DNA of 44,207 bases from an uncultured Acidobacteriota bacterium (GTDB lineage: Bacteria; Acidobacteriota; Polarisedimenticolia; J045), in NCBI GenBank assembly GCA_963702425.1, contig CAVPCQ010000042.1, positions 1 to 44,207 of the forward strand, read 5' to 3'. A program made the translations under genes and the position numbers. Of this stretch, positions 26,780-35,129 are shown piece by piece. The stretch's first letter is position 1, and the number at the start of each line of letters is the position of its first letter. The notes under the pieces were generated by a model that did not search any database, had not been told where the DNA came from, and saw nothing but the letters and a program-made list of their open reading frames with translations.

Positions 26780-29028
26780 CGTCGGGACTTTCCGCCGCGG
26801 CGACCACCACGCCCCGGCCCCTTTCCGCCGCGTCCGACGCGAGGCCCCCCGCGACCCGGTCGGCTCTTCCCGCCCGCGGCGACCGGCTCCGTGTCGACGC
26901 GCGAGAAGTCGATCAGGTGCCGGTACAGATCGACGCGGTCGACCCGCACGCGCAGCGGCATCCCGAGCCGGTAGATGGTCCCGGTCTCGGCCCCGCGCAG
27001 GATCCGGCGCTTGGCGTCGTACTTCCAGTACTCCTGGCCCAGCCGTGCGACGGGGATCATCCCCTCGACGAACGGCTCGTCGAGCGCGACCAGCACGCCG
27101 TGCGGCGCGATCTCGATCACGACCCCGTCGAACTCGTCGCCGAGCCGGTCGGCCATGAAGGCCGCGACCTTCCAGGCCACCGCCTCGCGCTCGGCCGCCT
27201 CGGCCTCGCGCTCGAGGCGGGAGCACTCGCGCGCCAGGTCGGGCAGCCGCGCGATCCGCTCCTCCTTCTCCCCTGCCGACTCGACCGGCCCGCGCGCCAG
27301 GCGTCGCAACGCGCGGTGGGCGATCAGGTCCGGGTAGCGCCGGATCGGCGAGGTGAAGTGAAGGTAGCGCGGCAGGGCGAGGCCGAAGTGGCCGAGGCAC
27401 TCCTCGTGGTACTTGGCCAGCGCCATCGTGCGCAGCACGAGGCGCGTCACGAACGGCTCCTCCGGCTTCCCCTTCGCCTGCTCGACCAGCCCGGCGAAGG
27501 CCGAGGGCTCGATCGACGAGGCCTCGCCCGGCAGCCGGTAACCGAGGCCGTCGAGCGCGTCGACCAGCCGCTCGACGCGGTCGAGCGCCGGCCGCTCGTG
27601 CGCGCGATAGAGCGTGGGGGCCTTGCGCTTCTTCAACTCCGACGCGACCGCGGCGTTGGCCGTGATCATGAACTCCTCGATCAGCCGGTGCGCCGCGTTG
27701 CGCCGCCGGGCGATGATCTCGGCGGTCGCCCCGGTCAGCTCGAGCAGGATCTCCGGCTCCGGCAGGTCGAAGTCGATCGCGCCGCGCTCCTCACGACGCT
27801 GCGCCAGCAGCGCCGCCAGCTCGGCCGCCGTGTCGAGCATCGGAACCACCGCCGCCCGCGCTGCCCGCGCCGCGGGGTCCTTCTCCTCGACGATCTTCGC
27901 GACCTCGTTGTAGGTCAGGCGGGCACGGCTCCGAATGAACCCGTCGTGGAAGCGCGTCCCCTTCACCTTCCCGCGCCGATCGAAATCGATCGTCACCCCT
28001 TGCGTCAGGCGGATCTCGTCCGGCCGCAGCGAGCAGAGGTCGTTCGACAGCCGCTCGGGCAGCATCGGCACGCAGCGGTCGGGGAAATAGACACTGGTCC
28101 CGCGGCGCAGCGCCTCGAGGTCGGTCGCCGACCCCTCGGGCACGAAATACCCGACGTCGGCAATGTGGACGTGCAGCCGGTAGCCGCCGTCGTCGAGCCG
28201 TTCGACCTCGACCGCGTCGTCGAAGTCGCGCGCCGTCTCGCCGTCGATCGTGACCACCGTCCCGCGCGTGAAATCCTCGCGTTCGGCAAGCGGCCAGTCC
28301 TGCGGCCGCGACGGCAGGCGCTCGACCTCGGCCAGCACTTCGTCGGGGTACTCGACGGTGAAGCCGTACTTGCGGACCAGGACCTCGGTCTCGACCCCCG
28401 GCTCGTCGGGACGCCCGAGCCGCTCGATCACCGTTCCCCGCGCGCCGCTCCCGTCGCGCGGCGGCGTCACCAGCTCCGCGCGGACGATCTCCCCGGTGCG
28501 CGCCCCCTTCGAATCGGCTTTCGGGACCAGCACCTCGAAGCCGAAGCCGGGATCGAGCGGCTGCACGATCCCGCCACCCGACGCGGTGCCGTGGAACAGC
28601 CCGACGATCGTCGACGAGCGGCGCTCGACCACGCGCACGATCGTTCCTTCGCGCCGGCCGTCGGGCTTCACGGCCACCACCCGCGCCGCGACGATGTCGC
28701 CGTGCACGGCGCCGCCGTGGGCACCGGGCGGGACGAAGAGGTCCCCCTGCTCAGGGTCATCCGAGATCACGAAGCCGAACCCCGCGGGATGGCGGGAGAA
28801 GCGGCCGACGACGTCCCCCAGCGCGGATCGCGCGCCGAAGCGCCGGCCGCGCAGCGCCACCAGGCGCCCTTCCGCGACCCAGCCGCGCAGCGCGCGCCGG
28901 AGCGCGGCGCGCAGCGCGGGCGGCAGGCGCAAGTGGTCGGCGATCTCCCGCCCGGTCAGCCCGGGGGCGGCCGCGGGGCCCGACAGCAGGGTCTCGATCT
29001 CGGTGGCGTTCGGCAGGCGCGGCGTCAC
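26776..29028 (-). CDS. rnr: Ribonuclease R
   Basis: HTH and cold-shock domains (HPAGFGFV), TIDGETARDFDDA, HFTSPIRRYPDL, S1 domain and basic G/R/K tail; GTG at 29028 with AGGAG RBS. Confidence 0.95.
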   Translation of the reverse strand: MTPRLPNATEIETLLSGPAAAPGLTGREIADHLRLPPALRAALRRALRGWVAEGRLVALRGRRFGARSALGDVVGRFSRHPAGFGFVISDDPEQGDLFVPPGAHGGAVHGDIVAARVVAVKPDGRREGTIVRVVERRSSTIVGLFHGTASGGGIVQPLDPGFGFEVLVPKADSKGARTGEIVRAELVTPPRDGSGARGTVIERLGRPDEPGVETEVLVRKYGFTVEYPDEVLAEVERLPSRPQDWPLAEREDFTRGTVVTIDGETARDFDDAVEVERLDDGGYRLHVHIADVGYFVPEGSATDLEALRRGTSVYFPDRCVPMLPERLSNDLCSLRPDEIRLTQGVTIDFDRRGKVKGTRFHDGFIRSRARLTYNEVAKIVEEKDPAARAARAAVVPMLDTAAELAALLAQRREERGAIDFDLPEPEILLELTGATAEIIARRRNAAHRLIEEFMITANAAVASELKKRKAPTLYRAHERPALDRVERLVDALDGLGYRLPGEASSIEPSAFAGLVEQAKGKPEEPFVTRLVLRTMALAKYHEECLGHFGLALPRYLHFTSPIRRYPDLIAHRALRRLARGPVESAGEKEERIARLPDLARECSRLEREAEAAEREAVAWKVAAFMADRLGDEFDGVVIEIAPHGVLVALDEPFVEGMIPVARLGQEYWKYDAKRRILRGAETGTIYRLGMPLRVRVDRVDLYRHLIDFSRVDTEPVAAGGKSRPGRGGPRVGRGGKGPGRGGRRGGKSRR

Positions 29029-29183
29029 GGAATCTCCTCGACGGACGCGGGGTATTCTTCCACCCTTTCCCCCCGGAGCGAACCGAGGTGACCCGCAGAC
29101 GCACACCTCCGAACGGGGGCGGGTCTGCACCCGCGGCGGAGGCGCAGCGCCAGGTCCGGCTCACGCGGCGTCGCCCCGCCGGG

Positions 29184-29212
29184 TTGACGCGGTACCGGCC
29201 CTCTCCTAGACT
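29184..29212 (+). promoter_or_regulatory. sigma70-type promoter of tRNA-Leu
   Basis: TTGACG-17 nt-TAGACT. Confidence 0.7.
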
Positions 29213-29258
29213 CTTTCGTCGCCTCCGGCGGCGGGCGTCAGCTCGCCCCCGGGCGCGT

Positions 29259-29345
29259 GCCGAAGTGGCGGAATTGGCAGACGCGCATGGTTCAGGTCCA
29301 TGTATCCGCAAGGATGTGGGAGTTCGAGTCTCCCCTTCGGCACCA
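29259..29345 (+). tRNA. tRNA-Leu(CAG)
   Basis: Acceptor stem GCCGAAG/CTTCGGC, anticodon arm CATGG-TTCAGGT-CCATG, long variable arm ATCC-GCAA-GGAT, T loop TTCGAGT and encoded CCA; 87 nt. Confidence 0.97.
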
Positions 29346-29418
29346 GTGAGTTGACCGGCCCCGGCGACGCTGCGGGGCGGCGCAGGTCACGCGGTCGGCG
29401 TTCGACCTCGAAAACCGA

Positions 29419-29964
29419 TCAGTGGACTCCGGCCGGCGCGGCGGCCTCGTCTGCTCGGCGCGCCGCCTCGAGCACCAGCTCGTGCGGCTCGAGCGCGACC
29501 TCGATCGCCCGCGCTCCGTGTCGCGTGCCGTCGACGTCGTGAACGCGGAAGCGGAACACGCCGCGGCGCCACCCCATGATCGTCGCGGTGTTCTGCGCGA
29601 TCTGTTCCGACAGGCCGCGTCGCAGCGCCCCCGGCTCCAGCTCGCCCATCTCGAGGAGCAACTGGCCGAGCGGCTTCCAGGGCGCGGCCGCCGACTGGCG
29701 TCGCAGCGCTTCGCCGACGCGGTCCGGGGTGACCGCGCGCCGCCGCACCAGGATCGATCCGAGCGGCTCGGCAGTCGCCGACACGCTGGCCCCGACGACC
29801 CGTCCGTCCTGCAGCTCGATCTCGCCGGAGGCGCCGGTCTGCTCGTCCTGGACCCACAGCACGCCCCCCTGCCGGCCGGCCGCGATGACCTGCAGCAGAT
29901 CGGCCAGCGGGATCGCCTCGAGGCGTCCGGCGAAGACGAGCGCGTGACCGGAATCGGCGGACAT
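29419..29964 (-). CDS. DUF4388 (PatA-N-like) domain protein
   Basis: FAGRLEAIPLADLLQ, GEIELQDGRVVGA, LGSIL/LGQLL repeats, WRRGVFRF and LVLEAARRADE. Confidence 0.8.
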   Translation of the reverse strand: MSADSGHALVFAGRLEAIPLADLLQVIAAGRQGGVLWVQDEQTGASGEIELQDGRVVGASVSATAEPLGSILVRRRAVTPDRVGEALRRQSAAAPWKPLGQLLLEMGELEPGALRRGLSEQIAQNTATIMGWRRGVFRFRVHDVDGTRHGARAIEVALEPHELVLEAARRADEAAAPAGVH

Positions 29965-30044
29965 CGGTCGCTCCGGGCGGTGGGTCCGGGGGAGAAGCTA
30001 TGTCTCGCGCGATGTCCCGGCCATCCGGGCGGGTCCGCGCGGCC

Positions 30045-32666
30045 CTACTCGATCACCACCCGCAGCAGCGGGCTCTCGGTCCGGCGCTGGGCGCTGTCGC
30101 GCCCCTGCACCTGGACGAAGATCTCGCCGCCGTTCTGCCGCGCCCGCGCGGCGAGGTTGCCCCACTGGGCCAGCGTCGGGGTGAAGGCTGCGGCCTGGAG
30201 CCGGTACCCCGCGCCGACGACGGTGGCGTTGCGCATGTCGGGCCGCGTCGACCAGCGGACCTGGAACGTCGCGGAGCCCCGTGCCTCCCAGCGAAGCCAC
30301 GGCCCGGTTCCCTCGCATCCTCCCGCGAGCGCGGCGCCGTCGGCCGAGAAGCGCGCCCCCGCGGCGGGGCACAGCACCTCCGGCGCGCGCGGCGATGCCA
30401 GGCGCAGCCCGCGGCGCGGCGAGTCGACCGGATGGCCGAGCGCATCCTGCGCCCGCACGCCCCATTCGACCGGTCCGCGCGCCATGCGCAGGAGAAGCTG
30501 GCGCCATGAGGTCGGATCGAGCGCGAAAGCGGTCACGCCCGTTCCGCGCCGCGGCAGCAGCAGGAACGGCCGCGTTCCGCCGCGCGAGAAGACGGCGAGC
30601 TGGAACACCGAGTGCTCGCCGGCGTGCCAGGCGAAGCGGAGGGGTGGGGTGTCGGGGGCGACCGCCGCGCCGTCGTCGGGAGAGACCAGCTCGAAGGCGT
30701 TCCGGGCTTCGGCCGGCAGGCTGGTGACCAGCGCGAACACCTGCCGGCCGAGCAGGACCTTCGTCCCGCGCACGCGCAGCTGCCAGCGGCCGGGGGCCGG
30801 GCTCTCGACGTCGATCCGTTCGACGTTGTCGCGCCGGTTCGGTCCGTCGCGGCGCGCCGCCGCGCCGGGCGTGCCGGGGTCGAGGGCCCACGCCTGGTGC
30901 TCCGCACCTGCGGGATCCAGCGCAGTGAGGTCCAGGTCGTGCACGAGTTGCGTCGCTGCCGCGAGTGAGCCCGCGGGGTCGCTCCACGCGAGCGTCGCGC
31001 GCAGCGCCGGGCTCCCCGCCGGGACATCCAGCTCCCAGGAGAGGTCCTCGTCCGCTCCGACGGCCGAGAGGGTCAGCGCATGCTCGCTCACGGCCGTGGC
31101 CGAGGCCGCGGCGTCGACGAGACCCCAGCCGCTCGCGGCGTCCGGTCCGGGCGCATACCCGGGACCCTCCACGAGGTCGCGGGCGCCGTGGACGAGCAGC
31201 GCTTTCAGTGCGGACGCCGGCGGTTCACCGGAGTCTCCGCGCACGAGCAGTTCGCGCAACAGCAGCGCGGCGCCCGTCACGGCAGGGGTCGCCATCGAGG
31301 TCCCCGACATCGCGCGGTACCCCGTGCCGGGATCGCCGCACGAGATCACGCTCACGCCGTCGGCGACGACGTCGGGCTTGATCCGCCCGTCTCGGGCCGG
31401 CCCCCACGACGAGAAGGCGCTCATCGCGCCGGCGGCATCGGTCGCGCCGACCGTGATCGCGTTTTTCGCCGTCGAGGGCGGGACGAGCGTGCGGTAGTTC
31501 AGATAGGGCGGCGCGGTCTCTTGCCCGCAGATCCCGTCGTTGCGCGCGTTGCCCGCCGCGAAGACCAGCAGCAGCGACGGCGCCTCACCGGCCACCAGCG
31601 CGTCGAAGTCCCGGCTGTCCTGGAGGTAGCTCGAGAACGCGGCGCAGGGCTCGCAGCCCGGGTCCGCGGGATTGACGCAGTAGCCCCAGGAGTTGTTCGA
31701 AGCCCGCACGCCGCGGTCGCGCCAGGCCGCGCGGTACTCGGCGGGCAGGTCGCCGAAGAAGTCGTACGCCATCACGGCTGCGGCGGGGGCCATGCCCCGC
31801 CACTGGCGCGCGACGCCGCCCGCAGCCAGGCTGCCCTCGCCGCCGCCCGCGACCGTGCACGCGACGTGCGTCGCGTGGGCGCACTCCGCACAGTGCGCGC
31901 TACCGCTCGTATCGGCATAGACGAGGCGGCCGGCGAGGTCTGGGTGATCCGGGTTCGGGGGGCCGACCTCCCAGATCCCGGCCACCTGGCTGGTCCCGTC
32001 GAGCGCCCAGGGCGCGTCCTGCAGAGCACCGACGCCGATCGCGACGCGGCTGGCCTCGTTGAGCGGCACCCGCCGTCCGCGGGCCGGGGTGACCCACGCC
32101 ACGCCTTCGATCGCGGCCAGCGACTCGGCCGAGCCCGACCCGAGTTCCATCAGGTAGGGCGCCCCCCCGGGAGCGGCTTCGGGTCGTGCCCCGAGGCGCC
32201 GGGCCGCCTCGAGTACCGCCGCCGGGTCGGCCCCCGGAAACAGGCGCAGTTCGACTCGGACCGGCCCCTTGTCGGCACTCAGCGCGCCGCCCAGCAGGCG
32301 CCGCGAGCCGGGAGGCAGCGCCAGCAGCGGCCCCCCGACGGGGAGCGCCTCGAGCCCGGCCGCGCGCTCGTCGAGGGACACCACCAGCGTCCGCTCGTCC
32401 CAAGCTTCCACCACCGCGAGGCCCGAGGCCGCCAGGCGCTCGAGGTCCCCGGGGGTCGGGGCGACCGCCGGCTGCCAGAGGGCGAAGCGCGGGCGGTCGG
32501 AGGGGTCGCGGGGAGCCAGCGCGCCGGGCGGCTGGACGGAGGCAGGCCAGGGGCCGTCGTGCAACTGCAGCACGGCCACCCCCCCTTCAGGTGCTGCGGC
32601 GGGAGCCGGGGTCGGCGCGAGCAGGGTCAGGAGCAGGGTCAGGAGCGCGGTCGAGCGGTGGGACAT
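30045..32666 (-). CDS. Secreted S8 subtilase with propeptide, jelly-roll domain and two C-terminal repeats
   Basis: Start MSHRST at 32666 with signal peptide; HATHVA, FAAGN, IKPDVVADG and SGTSMATP; GIWEVG at the catalytic-Asp position. Confidence 0.9.
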   Translation of the reverse strand: MSHRSTALLTLLLTLLAPTPAPAAAPEGGVAVLQLHDGPWPASVQPPGALAPRDPSDRPRFALWQPAVAPTPGDLERLAASGLAVVEAWDERTLVVSLDERAAGLEALPVGGPLLALPPGSRRLLGGALSADKGPVRVELRLFPGADPAAVLEAARRLGARPEAAPGGAPYLMELGSGSAESLAAIEGVAWVTPARGRRVPLNEASRVAIGVGALQDAPWALDGTSQVAGIWEVGPPNPDHPDLAGRLVYADTSGSAHCAECAHATHVACTVAGGGEGSLAAGGVARQWRGMAPAAAVMAYDFFGDLPAEYRAAWRDRGVRASNNSWGYCVNPADPGCEPCAAFSSYLQDSRDFDALVAGEAPSLLLVFAAGNARNDGICGQETAPPYLNYRTLVPPSTAKNAITVGATDAAGAMSAFSSWGPARDGRIKPDVVADGVSVISCGDPGTGYRAMSGTSMATPAVTGAALLLRELLVRGDSGEPPASALKALLVHGARDLVEGPGYAPGPDAASGWGLVDAAASATAVSEHALTLSAVGADEDLSWELDVPAGSPALRATLAWSDPAGSLAAATQLVHDLDLTALDPAGAEHQAWALDPGTPGAAARRDGPNRRDNVERIDVESPAPGRWQLRVRGTKVLLGRQVFALVTSLPAEARNAFELVSPDDGAAVAPDTPPLRFAWHAGEHSVFQLAVFSRGGTRPFLLLPRRGTGVTAFALDPTSWRQLLLRMARGPVEWGVRAQDALGHPVDSPRRGLRLASPRAPEVLCPAAGARFSADGAALAGGCEGTGPWLRWEARGSATFQVRWSTRPDMRNATVVGAGYRLQAAAFTPTLAQWGNLAARARQNGGEIFVQVQGRDSAQRRTESPLLRVVIE

Positions 32667-32700
32667 CGGGGTCTCCCCGGCGAGCCCGCGGGGACCTCCC

Positions 32701-33372
32701 CTACTTGCGGCAGAGGATCTCCCGCAAGCCGTCTCGCCGGAGGGAAATCTCGTGCACGGCGAGCGGGCGGACCAGCACTTCGAACTCCCGGTTCTGGCGG
32801 GGCTGGACCAGGGGGTGTCGAGGGCCGAGCGGATGCACGCTGAGCCCACCGTCCGGATGGACGTCGATCCGAACCAGCGGTGGGACCTGGTCGGCCGCAC
32901 GCCGCGCGACCAGGTAGAGCGTCCCGCCCGGCGCCAGCACCCGGGCCCACTCCGCCGCCTGTTCGCGGGCCCGGTCGTCCGGCAACAGGTCCAGGACATC
33001 CAGTCCCAGCACGAGGTCGAAGCGGGCATCCGGGTAGGCCAGCGGCAGCTCCGGGAAGAACTCCCCTTCCACCGTGAGTCGGCAGCCGGCGCCGGCGATC
33101 GATTCCATCGTCACCTGAGCCACCAGCCCGGCGAGGAGGACGCGCGGCGGACGCCCCTCGGCACTCCGCCGCGCGGCACTTTCGAGCAGGTGCTGAACCA
33201 CCCTCGACGGGGTGCGAGCCGGATCGGCCGGGGCGGCCGCCGGTTCCGCCGGCGGCTTCGTGGAGCCTCCCGCCGCCCCGGCCGTCATCGCCGCCGGAGA
33301 CGGGAAGCGGCCCGGAGCCTCCGGTGTGCGCGGGGGCGGGGGCGGGCGCTTGCCGATCCCGAAGAGGCTCAC
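32701..33372 (-). CDS. Degenerate class I SAM-methyltransferase-like protein with Pro-rich N-terminus
   Basis: GTG at 33372, 4 nt after the bactofilin stop; LAYPDARFDLVLGLDVLDLL and RVLAPGGTLYL resemble MTase motifs; no clear GxG motif I. Confidence 0.65.
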   Translation of the reverse strand: MSLFGIGKRPPPPPRTPEAPGRFPSPAAMTAGAAGGSTKPPAEPAAAPADPARTPSRVVQHLLESAARRSAEGRPPRVLLAGLVAQVTMESIAGAGCRLTVEGEFFPELPLAYPDARFDLVLGLDVLDLLPDDRAREQAAEWARVLAPGGTLYLVARRAADQVPPLVRIDVHPDGGLSVHPLGPRHPLVQPRQNREFEVLVRPLAVHEISLRRDGLREILCRK

Positions 33373-33376
33373 GGCC

Positions 33377-33955
33377 TCAGGGGGTGCCTGAGGGTTTGCC
33401 GGCGCCGACCGGCACGGCCGCGGCCGGGGCCGGAGCCGGAGCCGACGGTCCGGACGACGGCCGCGGGCCGCCCTTGTCCATGTCGACGCTGCCCTTGAAG
33501 CGGGCGCCGTCGGCAATCGAGACGCGCGGCGCGGTGACGTCGCCGACGACGCTGCTTCCGGTCGCCAGCTCGACTCGCTCGGAAGCCTGGACGTCGCCCT
33601 GCACGTTCCCCTCGACGCGGATCGACTTGGCCTCGAGCGTGGCCAGGATCGTGGCTGACTTCCCGATGGTGAGGTGGTGATCGCGCAGGCGGACGATCCC
33701 CTCCACGCGCCCTTCGATGACGAGGTCCTCGTTGCCCATCAACTCGCCCTTGACGTGGATCGACGGTCCGATCGTCGCGCTGCGACCCTCCATGCTCGTG
33801 CCTCCTCTGGGCATCCCGGCCGGCGTTGCGGCGGGGGGCGGTACCGGTGCGGCCGGGACGGCGGCGGGCGTCGCCGGCCGTGCCGCAGGTTCGTTCTTCA
33901 CAACCGGGGGCGGCGGCTTGTCCGCTTCCGGCTCCTTCCTTCCCCACAGTGCCAT
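33377..33955 (-). CDS. Bactofilin (polymer-forming cytoskeletal protein)
   Basis: IGPSIHVKGEL..EDLVIEGRVEG...VEGNVQGDV...IADGARFKGSVDM beta-helix between Pro-rich tails; GAGGAGG RBS. Confidence 0.93.
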   Translation of the reverse strand: MALWGRKEPEADKPPPPVVKNEPAARPATPAAVPAAPVPPPAATPAGMPRGGTSMEGRSATIGPSIHVKGELMGNEDLVIEGRVEGIVRLRDHHLTIGKSATILATLEAKSIRVEGNVQGDVQASERVELATGSSVVGDVTAPRVSIADGARFKGSVDMDKGGPRPSSGPSAPAPAPAAAVPVGAGKPSGTP

Positions 33956-33981
33956 CGGGCCCTCCTCGGCGCGATGCGTCG

Positions 33982-35076
33982 TCAGCGGCCGGGCGGCGGC
34001 GTGACGAGGGATTCGCTTCCGGGGTACTTTTCGAACAGCTTCTTGATCGCGATGCTGGACTCGCGCAGGACCAGGCCGTCACGGTCCTCGCGGAACGAGC
34101 GATCGAGCACGATGACCGATTCCTTGCGGCCGATCTCGCCCAGCGTCCGCGCCGCTTCGGCGCGGGCCATGTTGGTCCGCCCGCGCACGAGCTGGTCCTC
34201 GAGGTACTCGATCGCCTCCGGCTTGCCGCAGAGCACCAGCACGTGCGCCATCACGATCGCCGGCATGTCGTCCTGCTCGATCGCCAGGGCCTGCTGGACA
34301 GGTCCGGCGCTCTCCCCCTGCTGCAGTTGCCACAGCGACCATGCCGCCTTGCCGCGCGTCACCCCGTGGAAATCCGACAGCGCCTTGGTCACGGTGGGGA
34401 CGGCCCGCGGATCGCCGATCTCGCCGAGCGCCTCGATCGCCCAGGCCCGGTTCTTCTCGTCGTCGACCTCGTAGATTTGCATCAGGACGTCGACCGCCTG
34501 CCGGGACTTGAGCCGGCCCAGCGTCTTGACGCTCGCGTTGCGGACCGACTCCACGGGGTCGTTCAGCGCGCGACCGATCAGGAAGTCCGCGGAGAGCGGG
34601 GACTGGATCACCGCCAGCGAGGTCACCGCGGCCCGCCGCACCTCCATCAGCGGGTCGTTTCCGGCGCCTTTCGGCAGCGCGCTCTCGCCGACCGCGACCA
34701 GCACTTTGGCAGCGTCGGGGTAGGCTTCCGGCAGCACGTCCTGCAGCGCCTGGCAGACCGCGCGGCGGGTCAGCGTGACCTCGCTGTGGGCGAACTTCGC
34801 GAGGCCGGCCACGGCGGCCGGGGTCCCGATCCGGCCCAGAGCGGTGATCGCGCTGGCCTGCACCACCTCCGGCTCCGACTCGATCGCCCGCACGAGAAGG
34901 TCGACGTTCTCGTTGGCGCCGTTCACGCCCAGGGCCGCGGCGGCGATGGCCCGTTCGTCGGGGGTCCGGCCCTTGAGACCGCCTCCGCCGCATCCCGGAA
35001 CGGCGATGAGCACCGTCAGGATCGCGGCGACGGGGACAGCGGCGGAGAAGAGCGGCGGGCGGCGGCCCAGGTGCAT
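33982..35076 (-). CDS. HEAT-repeat protein, probable lipoprotein
   Basis: Hydrophobic signal ending VPGC; repeats of the type AITALGRIG, AIEALGEIGD and AARTLGEIG. Confidence 0.82.
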   Translation of the reverse strand: MHLGRRPPLFSAAVPVAAILTVLIAVPGCGGGGLKGRTPDERAIAAAALGVNGANENVDLLVRAIESEPEVVQASAITALGRIGTPAAVAGLAKFAHSEVTLTRRAVCQALQDVLPEAYPDAAKVLVAVGESALPKGAGNDPLMEVRRAAVTSLAVIQSPLSADFLIGRALNDPVESVRNASVKTLGRLKSRQAVDVLMQIYEVDDEKNRAWAIEALGEIGDPRAVPTVTKALSDFHGVTRGKAAWSLWQLQQGESAGPVQQALAIEQDDMPAIVMAHVLVLCGKPEAIEYLEDQLVRGRTNMARAEAARTLGEIGRKESVIVLDRSFREDRDGLVLRESSIAIKKLFEKYPGSESLVTPPPGR

Positions 35077-35129
35077 CGAGACGGTCCTCCTGCCCTGCGG
35101 AGTGCGCAGAGGCGGGATATCTTAGGTTC

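Noticed and set aside
29151-29360. Y RNA/YrlA-like element (GGTCCGG ... TTGAC) near rtcB
   Set aside because: The first TTGAC is the tRNA promoter -35, the tRNA is fully canonical, and there is no Ro60/rsr gene in the window.
31870-31900. c-type heme motif in the subtilase (CAECAH)
   Set aside because: Spacing is CxxCxH, not CxxCH, and the His is the catalytic His of HATHVA.
29259-32700. tRNA-Leu as the integration site of a genomic island
   Set aside because: No integrase, no convincing duplication of the tRNA 3' end, and no evident compositional shift downstream.
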